The position numbers and the translations under genes were made by a program. From positions 1-64,000 of IMG/VR virus record IMGVR_UViG_3300044680_000280: 64,000 nt of DNA. One strand, 5' to 3'. This document shows positions 9,271 through 17,895 of this stretch, piece by piece. The stretch's first letter is position 1. Each line of letters opens with the position of its first letter. A model generated the notes under the pieces. It was not told the origin of the DNA and ran no database searches. It saw only the letters and a program-made list of their open reading frames with translations.

Positions 9271-9309
9271 CCTGATTTCCTGGGTTGTGGTTGGGGTTCG
9301 TTCTTAGAG

Positions 9310-9316
9310 TACACCG
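9310..9316 (-). promoter_or_regulatory. CGGTGTA upstream element
   Basis: 39 nt before ATG 9270. Confidence 0.6.
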
Positions 9317-9369
9317 TTCTCGACGCATCAAGACGAGGTTCTGTTACGTACCCTCAAAACTAAAGTGAA

Positions 9370-10104
9370 CTATCCGTGGAGTTTCTGAAACCGACTCGCA
9401 ACCTTCACGGTCAGCGGATCCAAAGAGGCTGTTTTCTCCAGGGTTCCATTGTCGAGGTAGGCGGCTTCCATTCCCGGATCAAGGCAATTAAATCGGATCA
9501 TGTCGGCCTCGAGTCCTACCTCTTCCGCAGTGGCTTCGAGTGCCTTGAGGAACTCCCCTTGAAGGAGCTTCGTTCTTGATCGTTTTTGCCTTGGGAGTTC
9601 GGGACCCTCAGATCGAACCTGAGACAACTTGGAAGACATGATTCTATTGGCGTTGAACCCTCGGATATCACTCATATTGAGCTTGAATCCGCCCAGGTAT
9701 TCGTTCACCATGTCCGCCGTCACGCGACCCGTGTCGTGTGCAAAGAGCTCGTCGTCCACATCCTCGACCGCTTCGTAGGCATCCGCCAAAGCTCTGACGA
9801 TCGATGCGTTGGTGATGGGCTTGCGTTTCCCCTTGGCTCGGAAGTACGCCTCTCGATCATCGAGCTGGACGTTCTTCTTCCGCCAAGAGAAGACGGGGTC
9901 CTCGCTCGTCTCAGCCATGAGTCCGACCGCCAACGCGGTGAGAAAACGATTGGGATCGCTCGAGCGTAGGTCTCGCTTGACTTTGGCTTGAAGCGCTTCC
10001 ATGGAGGATCGGACACGGCTCAGTCGTCGACTGCGAGACCGAAGCTGTCGCTCCTCACTGACAAGCCCTTTCGACCGGGCGCGGGCAACAACAAGGAACC
10101 TCAT
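9370..10104 (-). CDS. type IB topoisomerase-like protein, catalytically degenerate
   Basis: KVKRDLRSSDP...TALAVGLM, VTADMVNEYLGGF, SDIRGFNAN and LEATAEEVG resemble the Topo IB core; the catalytic His/Tyr positions read L/C. Confidence 0.6.
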   Translation of the reverse strand: MRFLVVARARSKGLVSEERQLRSRSRRLSRVRSSMEALQAKVKRDLRSSDPNRFLTALAVGLMAETSEDPVFSWRKKNVQLDDREAYFRAKGKRKPITNASIVRALADAYEAVEDVDDELFAHDTGRVTADMVNEYLGGFKLNMSDIRGFNANRIMSSKLSQVRSEGPELPRQKRSRTKLLQGEFLKALEATAEEVGLEADMIRFNCLDPGMEAAYLDNGTLEKTASLDPLTVKVASRFQKLHG

Positions 10105-11495
10105 TCGGGCTCTTCTGTGGGTACGGGTTCAGGCGCCTCGGGAGCTTTACCCGTCTTGACAACACTCTTGAGCCACTCGGACGGTTCTGGTTTTAGATGA
10201 CCAAGAATGTAGGTGGTCATCATCTCTGCAAAATACTCCATGTGGTTCTTACGGGCATAGTTCGTGGGGACCCAATCATGTAGATGGGTTTTGTAGTCAC
10301 TCCGTCCTTCGCCACTCTTTATGAGGGAGGACAACTCTACGTAAACCGTATGCCTTTCTTCCTCAACCTTTTTGAGTTCCGCCTCTTTGGCTTCGTCTTT
10401 ACCAGCATAGGTAAGGGAATCGACGGATTCAGGCACAATTAAGGGTCCAGGGCCTCGTCGGTAGATTTGCTGACGCTTGATATAAGCCTCTGGGGCGTCA
10501 ATGACCTCCACGTTGACAGTGCGACTATCCGCCTTACCAACGATGCGACCCTTCACATGGTACTGCACACCATTGACCCACGTATCGTATTCAAATACCT
10601 GTCCCTTGCGTGGCAATGGCTTTCGCTTGTTTTGCTCCTCACTCAGTCGGGAATACGCTTCATTCAGAGCCTTCATTTTTCGGTTCAGAATGTCAACCTT
10701 GTTGCTTTTACCGGTCGACTTCTGACGAACAGCCCACATGTGCTTACTGATGATTGCTGAGTTATTAATTCCACCTGGCACCACCTTATCGTGGCAGTAG
10801 TGTCCAAGCTCATGAATGACCGTATGGATAAGTTTAGGATCCTCGTAGGACTTCGGTGCAAACTGAATGGTAGGAGGCACACTACCCATTGTGTAAAGTG
10901 CGCCGGCATGGGAAGCACCTCGCCCGCTTAGTACAGACGAAATATCGTGAACGATGGGGACACCAGCAGCGGCGTACATACGCTCCGCTTCCTCGAGCAA
11001 AGCACCCAGCTTGTCCACGTGTTCTTCGTGCTGCTTCAGATAAATCACCTTGAATCGACCAAACTTCTTCTCGAGAACTACGGACGCCGCATAGCGCTCA
11101 ACGACTCGTTCGGCAGCCGTCTTCTTCTCTTCTTCTTCGGGGTCGGGCGGGTCGGGGTCGTGCCAGATCTTGTAGAGACCCATGATCTTGTTCTTTTTGC
11201 GGCCTTGTGGGACTGGACGAATCTCAATCATCGGGTGTCCACGATCATCGGCCCAAATGCGCTCGATGATGCCGTGCTTGTTCTTGTACTTCCCGAATAC
11301 AATTTCGTCCCCGGGGGCGAAGAACCCCCTGGCGATCAAAACTCGTGCGGCAACTCTGGCTGAGATTGCGTCGGTCGGAGCGACGTCGTCGTAGATTACG
11401 TCCTCAAGACCGTCCTCCCCCGAGCATGCGCTCATGGGTTGGCTACGGCACCACTCGAGGGCGGCGATGCCCCACTCAGGATCAATATCGTTCAT
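10101..11495 (-). CDS. multidomain protein: small beta-barrel module plus HExxH metallopeptidase
   Basis: VIHELGHYCH and NYARKNHMEYFAE; internal motifs RVAARVLIA and KKTAAERVVERYAAS; ATG 11495 overlaps the upstream stop. Confidence 0.7.
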   Translation of the reverse strand: MNDIDPEWGIAALEWCRSQPMSACSGEDGLEDVIYDDVAPTDAISARVAARVLIARGFFAPGDEIVFGKYKNKHGIIERIWADDRGHPMIEIRPVPQGRKKNKIMGLYKIWHDPDPPDPEEEEKKTAAERVVERYAASVVLEKKFGRFKVIYLKQHEEHVDKLGALLEEAERMYAAAGVPIVHDISSVLSGRGASHAGALYTMGSVPPTIQFAPKSYEDPKLIHTVIHELGHYCHDKVVPGGINNSAIISKHMWAVRQKSTGKSNKVDILNRKMKALNEAYSRLSEEQNKRKPLPRKGQVFEYDTWVNGVQYHVKGRIVGKADSRTVNVEVIDAPEAYIKRQQIYRRGPGPLIVPESVDSLTYAGKDEAKEAELKKVEEERHTVYVELSSLIKSGEGRSDYKTHLHDWVPTNYARKNHMEYFAEMMTTYILGHLKPEPSEWLKSVVKTGKAPEAPEPVPTEEPE

Positions 11496-12913
11496 CCTTG
11501 ATTCCATAGGGTGGTGGCTTCAGCACAATCGACATCAGGACAGAGATAAATGGCGTAGGCTGCCAAATCGTGAAGCCAGAACTTGCCCTCATCATGATTG
11601 TCGTACAGGTGGCACACAGCATCCCCGCCCGGCTTCTCCTTGATGGTAATAGCTAGCCTGGCATCCTTACCACATTTGAAGCACTTCGTAGTGGGGTCAA
11701 ACTCGGCCTGGTACGTCAGCCCCGTACCAGCGGGACCGTACCCGACATCCAAACCGCCATGCTCGGCGGCATAGCGGGCAGCAACTTTGAGGGTGAGCTT
11801 ACTCATAGTGGCTTTCTTTCGGATCAAGATGCGGTCACCACCACTATTCATCAATGCAATTTCAGGGTCCCCAAGACGGTTGGGGTGTTGGGCATAAAGA
11901 GAAACGGGGCGGTCTCCAATGATGAGCTTAACAGTAACAGTCCTATCCCCTGTCCGTTGATATACGTCGGCTACGGTAGCGCTCGAGTGAGCTGGAATGT
12001 TTAGTCCCCGAGAACCCTTCTCAACGAGCACACGATCTCTAGGCTTGAGAGAGAAGTCACCACGAATCTTGTTTGGGTCCTCATCCTGCTCAAAATGCTT
12101 TTCGTACTTTTTCTTTCGGAGTAGGATTTGGTAGGAGGTGGGCACGGGTTTCCCTGGCCGCAGGCGAATTCCAATCTTAGCTGTTTCGATCGCATCGTCC
12201 TTCGTCGGGGCGTCATTGACTATGACTCGATCATCATTGAGAATGACCTGCCACTTACCATCGGTCAGCCAAACCCGCACATCATGATCCAGAATGGAGC
12301 CCTGGTATAATTGCGGATTTATTTCTCGCAGGTCCACATCCTTCTTGGGTCGCTTCTCAACGTAATTTCTAGCCTCTTCCGTAGAGATTGGGTCCATCTG
12401 ATGATTTGAGTGCACGACGAATAGGTCGACATCCTCAAGTCCGACAATCATCGAGCACCCTAGTCCAAAACAGCAAGCGGAGTCTTCCATGACCCCGGAT
12501 TGATGAGGTGGCCCGTTCGGGTCAAAGGGCACCTTTGGATTCAAATGGTGAAATCGGACGCCCATTGCGTCCAAACGAGCGAGGAAGAGATCGTCTCCGT
12601 ACCGTTTTCCCCTGAGTTTATTCCCTATTTCAATGACTTCCGTGATGTTGTGCCCCCAAGACGCTCCGTGAGTTCGTTCCGCCTTGGCTGAGTAAGTCCC
12701 GCCCGTAATCCTTCCCGTTCGCAGAATACGACTCAACTCCTCCCCATCAAAAATGCGATACATTTTCACCGGAGACTCAAACGTACCGACGATTTGATCT
12801 GTCATCGATGGGAATTGCTGACGAGCTTTATTCGTGGCGTCACGATCTATCGTAATTTTGATAGCATTCGCTGACTTCCACCTGCTCAAAACTCGAAATT
12901 CGATGCGATCCAC
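11492..12913 (-). CDS. multidomain hypothetical protein with RV-x-x-R leader and C-terminal Cys-rich module
   Basis: Probable GTG start 12913 (MDRIEFRVLSRWKSA); internal MSKLTLKVAARYAA; C-terminal CFKC...CPDVDC. Confidence 0.65.
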   Translation of the reverse strand: MDRIEFRVLSRWKSANAIKITIDRDATNKARQQFPSMTDQIVGTFESPVKMYRIFDGEELSRILRTGRITGGTYSAKAERTHGASWGHNITEVIEIGNKLRGKRYGDDLFLARLDAMGVRFHHLNPKVPFDPNGPPHQSGVMEDSACCFGLGCSMIVGLEDVDLFVVHSNHQMDPISTEEARNYVEKRPKKDVDLREINPQLYQGSILDHDVRVWLTDGKWQVILNDDRVIVNDAPTKDDAIETAKIGIRLRPGKPVPTSYQILLRKKKYEKHFEQDEDPNKIRGDFSLKPRDRVLVEKGSRGLNIPAHSSATVADVYQRTGDRTVTVKLIIGDRPVSLYAQHPNRLGDPEIALMNSGGDRILIRKKATMSKLTLKVAARYAAEHGGLDVGYGPAGTGLTYQAEFDPTTKCFKCGKDARLAITIKEKPGGDAVCHLYDNHDEGKFWLHDLAAYAIYLCPDVDCAEATTLWNQG

Positions 12914-12924
12914 ACCTACCCAAC

Positions 12925-13638
12925 CTATCGAAAGAGCACCGTTCCAGGGGGGAGAATAAGGGTAATGAGCCAATCAACGGCAGCTTCTCGATCGGCAAAC
13001 TGCGGAAAGAAACGGGAGATACTCCCTACGTTAACTGTCTGCTCATCGAAGAGACGCACCGGGCACCCCGACTCGCACTGCCATGATGGTATCGTTTCCT
13101 TCCCATCGGCATCAGCGTGCCCCCTCCAGGCACCCGTACGAGTCGTTGCAGTGCCCTTCTGGGAGAACTGAGACGAGCTACCCCCTGGACCGTTCGGGTA
13201 TCCCCTGTGACCGTCCACTCTAGTATAACCCGGCTTGCATTCTGGGGAGTGAACAAAGATTATATTTGGTGGCCATCTACCAAGGGGAGACGGTCCAGCA
13301 AATTCGGACTCCGTGCGGAAGTGACCAAGTTGTCCCCCATTCATAATGCCTGAAAACTTGTCGGACGTACGCACCGTCATCTTCACCGGCTCGTTGTGTC
13401 TGATCCTACATGCGTCGATTTGAAGTGCCCCGGTACCAGTCAATATGGCCTGATCGATGACCGTAGGCGACGTGAGAGTCTTCCTACAAAGCAAAATGCA
13501 TTCAGTCGTGGGCCCAGGCTTCAACAGATGGATAGTATCATGAATATGGTGACCGTCCTTCCGCACTTGAATCGCACTGTCTTCGTCGCAATTGTAGACG
13601 AAAAAGTAAGCACCAGCGGAGAGGTCTAAGGGAGCCAT
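12925..13638 (-). CDS. DNA methyltransferase-related fragment lacking catalytic motifs
   Basis: GTGALQIDACRI, GRWPPNII and SISRFF resemble the central segment of phage N4/N6 MTases; no DPPY and no FxGxG. Confidence 0.6.
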   Translation of the reverse strand: MAPLDLSAGAYFFVYNCDEDSAIQVRKDGHHIHDTIHLLKPGPTTECILLCRKTLTSPTVIDQAILTGTGALQIDACRIRHNEPVKMTVRTSDKFSGIMNGGQLGHFRTESEFAGPSPLGRWPPNIIFVHSPECKPGYTRVDGHRGYPNGPGGSSSQFSQKGTATTRTGAWRGHADADGKETIPSWQCESGCPVRLFDEQTVNVGSISRFFPQFADREAAVDWLITLILPPGTVLFR

Positions 13639-15240
13639 TCAGAGCATACCCTGTAACATCATTGCCATCTGTTCCTTAGACCTGCGTTCCATGGCTTCAT
13701 GAGTCTGATCATAATTGTAGGGCACAACCAAACCTGGAAGCAGAGGGGAGTTGCCCAGTGAGAGGGTAGTTTCTATTTCGACGATTTGGATTTTCGGGAT
13801 ACTGTAGGAATCACCCCTACACTCAAGTACAAGACTACCACTATTAAACGCTCGGACACGCATGCTGTCTGTAATTGAGTCCCGAAAAGCGAAGTATAAC
13901 CCAGCTTTATGCTTCGTCAGAACGGTTGCAACGAAGTTGCCGAAATGATCGGAAATGTTGGCGCCGCCGGTGACCTGAACCACAAATCTCACTGGTCCCG
14001 CGAACGTGAGTAGCTCCAACGTTCCATCGATACCACCGTCCGCGCTCTTCTTTCCGCTATGACGACCTTTGATTTGGCGTACCACCCATCGCTCGAGAGC
14101 ATGCGGGTCAGACTTGGCCAAGTAACGGGCGTCCTCGATGTCCGAGGGGTATACATTTTTTTCACAGCACGTGCCGAACTCTTTGTAGATCCTCTCAAAA
14201 GCGACTTTTGCGGATTTGTGGGTGAGTTCGAAGCCTAACCATTGACGTCGGAGTCTTTGTGCCGCAATGGCAGTCGTGCCACTTCCCAGAAAGGGGTCCA
14301 ACACGAGATCTCCGGGATTGGAAAACATTTCGATCAAACGAGATATCAATCCCACAGGTTTCTGGCCTACGTAATTGGGGACCCTCTCCCTCGAGAAATA
14401 TGACACGTACGGTATGTCAGTCCACAGATCCTGTACCACCACCCCCTTGTGCTCATCCAAGAACCGTTTAATTCTGACTACACCTTTAGGTCGTTTTGGA
14501 TCCTGAAGTCGACCAAGTCGATCAAGCTCCTCCATTCTCTCTTTAGAGAATCTCCATTGCCGAAAAACTCCCTTCCATTCGTAGGAGTACCCACCTCCAT
14601 CGAGGCCATTGGCGGTAGGGTTATCTAAAGAGTACAATCGACCGTTATCATCCTTGTGTCGGTAGTGCCTCTTGATCCTTGCTTTCAGGCCTTCAGGAAG
14701 GTACTGGTTATAGGTGTAGGAATGAGACTTTGAGTAGATAAGGATCGTATCGTGCATTGCCCCAGGTCGATGTCCGTCACTGTGACCATTCGACCGTTTC
14801 CATACGATCTCAGAAACGAAATGGTCCGCTCCGAAAATAGCATCCAAAACCTCGCGCAAACGATGTGAGTACGTGGGACTACAATGGACCGCGATCGTAC
14901 CAGTGGACGTGAGCACGCGATGACACTGGATCAATCTAGGCCCCATCCGAAAGATATAGGCCAAAGAGTCCGGATCGGCGCATTGACGTATGTGTTCGTA
15001 ATAGCTCCACAAGCGAATTTCAACCGGGCTCTTGTTGACTTTCTCTTCGAATTCGCGGTAGTCCCTCATATCCGATTCCGACCACGACCACGTGTCTTGG
15101 TACGCTTTCTCGTGGGCTTCGCTATCATCGATGAGGTTGTGCCTTTTCCCTTTTCCGAATGGGGGATCCGCATAAATGAACTGGATAGTTAACGCATCCA
15201 ACTCTTCTAACAGAAGTAAGTTGTCACCTGTTTTGATCAT
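13639..15240 (-). CDS. N4/N6 DNA methyltransferase fused to a Mrr-like restriction-endonuclease-fold domain
   Basis: IYADPPF, GQKPVGLISRLI, VLDPFLGSGTT; C-terminal SADGGIDG...VVQVTGG. Confidence 0.85.
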   Translation of the reverse strand: MIKTGDNLLLLEELDALTIQFIYADPPFGKGKRHNLIDDSEAHEKAYQDTWSWSESDMRDYREFEEKVNKSPVEIRLWSYYEHIRQCADPDSLAYIFRMGPRLIQCHRVLTSTGTIAVHCSPTYSHRLREVLDAIFGADHFVSEIVWKRSNGHSDGHRPGAMHDTILIYSKSHSYTYNQYLPEGLKARIKRHYRHKDDNGRLYSLDNPTANGLDGGGYSYEWKGVFRQWRFSKERMEELDRLGRLQDPKRPKGVVRIKRFLDEHKGVVVQDLWTDIPYVSYFSRERVPNYVGQKPVGLISRLIEMFSNPGDLVLDPFLGSGTTAIAAQRLRRQWLGFELTHKSAKVAFERIYKEFGTCCEKNVYPSDIEDARYLAKSDPHALERWVVRQIKGRHSGKKSADGGIDGTLELLTFAGPVRFVVQVTGGANISDHFGNFVATVLTKHKAGLYFAFRDSITDSMRVRAFNSGSLVLECRGDSYSIPKIQIVEIETTLSLGNSPLLPGLVVPYNYDQTHEAMERRSKEQMAMMLQGML

Positions 15241-16238
15241 AAGTTGTTCCCATACACCGACGGTGCCCGCTCGAATTCTTCAATGAGGTACTCAATCACG
15301 GCGTAGGGATTACCCGTGTTGGGGTGCAGGGTAATGTTGAAGCCGGCCGCCTTCGTATGCCCGCCGCCCCCGTATAACTTGGCGAGCGCCGAACAATTGT
15401 ACGTTGTGCGACTCCGTGTAGAAACAACCATCTTGGTGACCCGACCTTGATCGGTATCCTCCTCGAAGAAGCTAAATCCTGCCGCAAGGTCAGCGTCCGA
15501 ACCGATATACTCCGCTACGCTGCTTGACTTCGTGGACCCCTCGAAGATTGCGACGCGAGTTCCCCGACTCGTAGTAAAGCGACGGGCCCCTTTCACCGTT
15601 TTTTCCGTGGATTGGTCATCTTTTTCAATGAGTACCTCCCCCACCCACTGAAATTGGGCTCGCCAGTTCTCACTAATGTCAGAAAGGTACATCTTCGACC
15701 AACGTTCCCACGGCATGAAAGACAGAACCTCTTTTTGAGCTCGAGCTTCCTCCCAAAATGGCGATTGCCGTTGCCAGGTATCGTAGACTCCAGCCAACAT
15801 GGCAAAGCGTTCGGCGAACAAGGACAGCCGATCAAATGAAGCCACGTGAATACAGGGGTCATCACGACGATAACCCCTCAAAACTTTCCAAACTTCACGG
15901 AAGGCGAGCGTTGCCCCACACACTCCTGGGTTTTCCAACTCATCAGCAAACACTCCCCGGTTCCCGAACTTGGCAACCGTCTCCTTTGCCGACTTGTGGT
16001 GGTCGAGCACGATGGCGCCCGCGTCAACGAACTCCTGTGCCCGTTCAGGTGGAGGAGAAAAGTCGACGAACAGCATCCCGGGTTCCGCTTTCATATTGCG
16101 GTACTCGTCGTTACCGTATTGGTGAAAGAGAATCTCTGCCGTAGGAATGGCGTCGTGGATCAAAATCGCAGAGGCCTTGCCATCTGCACAGTTGTCGTGA
16201 CTGATGACAACTTTGATACCGCTGAGGTCTAGGGTCAT
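15237..16238 (-). CDS. DHH/DHHA1 phosphoesterase (NrnB/oligoribonuclease-like)
   Basis: SHDNCADG, VDFS, VLDHHKS, GGGHTKAAGF. Confidence 0.85.
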   Translation of the reverse strand: MTLDLSGIKVVISHDNCADGKASAILIHDAIPTAEILFHQYGNDEYRNMKAEPGMLFVDFSPPPERAQEFVDAGAIVLDHHKSAKETVAKFGNRGVFADELENPGVCGATLAFREVWKVLRGYRRDDPCIHVASFDRLSLFAERFAMLAGVYDTWQRQSPFWEEARAQKEVLSFMPWERWSKMYLSDISENWRAQFQWVGEVLIEKDDQSTEKTVKGARRFTTSRGTRVAIFEGSTKSSSVAEYIGSDADLAAGFSFFEEDTDQGRVTKMVVSTRSRTTYNCSALAKLYGGGGHTKAAGFNITLHPNTGNPYAVIEYLIEEFERAPSVYGNNL

Positions 16239-16248
16239 ACCCCCTATC

Positions 16249-16255
16249 TACACCG
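16249..16255 (-). promoter_or_regulatory. CGGTGTA upstream element
   Basis: 10 nt before ATG 16238. Confidence 0.6.
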
Positions 16256-16263
16256 ACCTGGCC

Positions 16264-16851
16264 TCAATCCCGACGACGAAAGGCCTTCCAAACCTCGACA
16301 ACGTCACTCCCGAACATCTTCGACGGAGTTCGAAGTGTAAGCCACTGCTCCGTGAAGAGACCGCCTGCCGAATACAATGCGAGCGGTTGAATACTCTGAT
16401 GGCTGACGATATCGCCACTTTCCGTAACCTGCTCTTGCTCTATGCGATCGGCGTAGTAGAATCCAGCCGACAATCCGTACTGAATTGAGGGGTTTTTGTC
16501 AAACAGGTTACGGTAGATCTCGTACCGCTCCTCGGGGTAGTTGCACGGTTCAATCGAAAACAGGCTGATAAACGTGTTCGGTTTGAATGGGAGGTCCGTG
16601 TTCAGGTTGATTTTGCGATAATCGCCCTGAATGGTGTTTGCGCCGCGAGGCTCCAAGTCGATGCCTACGTACTTTGACCAGCTCCCATACTTCCAGAACT
16701 CCCCCAGACCGCAACCCAAGTCTACAACCTCAAGCCTATCCGGCCAGGATAGATTGCGGAACCACTTGAAAGCCGTGCTGTGACTCTCGCGAACCGAGTA
16801 CTCTTCCAGGTACTCGGCATAGGCTTTGAAAAAGTCACTATCGTATGCCAT
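16264..16851 (-). CDS. class I SAM-dependent methyltransferase-like protein
   Basis: VVDLGCGLGE and YVGIDL motifs I/II. Confidence 0.65.
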   Translation of the reverse strand: MAYDSDFFKAYAEYLEEYSVRESHSTAFKWFRNLSWPDRLEVVDLGCGLGEFWKYGSWSKYVGIDLEPRGANTIQGDYRKINLNTDLPFKPNTFISLFSIEPCNYPEERYEIYRNLFDKNPSIQYGLSAGFYYADRIEQEQVTESGDIVSHQSIQPLALYSAGGLFTEQWLTLRTPSKMFGSDVVEVWKAFRRRD

Positions 16852-16854
16852 GAT

Positions 16855-17601
16855 TCAGTTACTCCTCGGGATGAAATGGGACTGCTTTGCCCGAATCCCA
16901 TCGAACAGCTCATTTCTCAACTTCACGTCCACGATGGAGTCAATCTTGGCCCGGTTGACGCTATACCAACGGAGGAGCTCCTCGCGCGTCTTCATGGCAT
17001 CGAGATCTGCCATGAACTGCTGAAAGAGGTCGGTCTCTCCGAACTCTTTGGGTGGAGCCTTGTACTTCTCCGCTTCGGAGCTCGTTGCGGATTCGGGTAC
17101 TTCCTCGAGCTTCGACACAAGAACTGTGACATCAGCCGCGAGATCGAGACCTCGAAGAACGGCGTCACGTGAGGTGGCAGCGAGTTCTTTCTGCCCCAGA
17201 AATGTATGATTCATGTAGGCTCGAAGCGCGTCGAATGTCAGCATGAACGCCTCGAACTGAGCCTGGGTCTGAAGACCGGGCATCTGTTGGCGCAACTGTT
17301 GGAACATGAGCTGGTTCATACCCGAAACCTGGGGTGATGGGGGAACCGGCTGAGGTGGAACCGGCTGAGGGGGAACCGGCTGAGGGGGAACCGCCGCCTG
17401 CGGAGAATCGAGCTCGTCAAAGTTGACGACGTCCTTGAGTGCCTCCTTCACGACGCCCACGAGCTCGGGGTTCTCCGTGCCTGCCATGCGAAGGATCTCC
17501 GCTGCGGCCTGCTCGGCGGCTTTACGGAATGCTTCCTCACCGAACTTCTCTCGAATGGGGTTTAATCGGTTAATGATTGCATCAACGATCGGATGGGTCA
17601 T
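16855..17601 (-). CDS. hypothetical protein with Pro/Gln repeat linker
   Basis: 248-aa ORF containing (PVPPQ)n. Confidence 0.7.
   Translation of the reverse strand: MTHPIVDAIINRLNPIREKFGEEAFRKAAEQAAAEILRMAGTENPELVGVVKEALKDVVNFDELDSPQAAVPPQPVPPQPVPPQPVPPSPQVSGMNQLMFQQLRQQMPGLQTQAQFEAFMLTFDALRAYMNHTFLGQKELAATSRDAVLRGLDLAADVTVLVSKLEEVPESATSSEAEKYKAPPKEFGETDLFQQFMADLDAMKTREELLRWYSVNRAKIDSIVDVKLRNELFDGIRAKQSHFIPRSN
17342..17393. repeat. 15-bp coding tandem repeat (about 3.5 copies)
   Basis: ggaaccggctgagg(t/g) repeated; encodes PVPPQ. Confidence 0.85.
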
Positions 17602-17610
17602 GTTGGAACC

Positions 17611-17895
17611 TCAAGAGGGCTTGCCCCCGGCTTTGGACACCATCCTCGCTTGAACGGCGTCGGCGATACGTTCAGCCTGACTTACACCAGCAGCTCGTAG
17701 GTAAAGCTGCAACATTCCCTTGTAGAGCTGAGATCCCTGCACTTTGCTCGTAACGATCTTCCAACAGGCCTTGCAGTAGGTCGTTGTGTCGGGCGCAGGT
17801 TTACCAGTAGCTGAAGCAACCAGCAACTTCTCCTCAGACGTAAGAGTGAGGGTTTGGAAAGCTTCCTTGTCCCGGTGGCAAACGCAGCACTTCAT
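17611..17895 (-). CDS. small zinc-binding hypothetical protein
   Basis: CCVC...CKAC. Confidence 0.6.
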   Translation of the reverse strand: MKCCVCHRDKEAFQTLTLTSEEKLLVASATGKPAPDTTTYCKACWKIVTSKVQGSQLYKGMLQLYLRAAGVSQAERIADAVQARMVSKAGGKPS

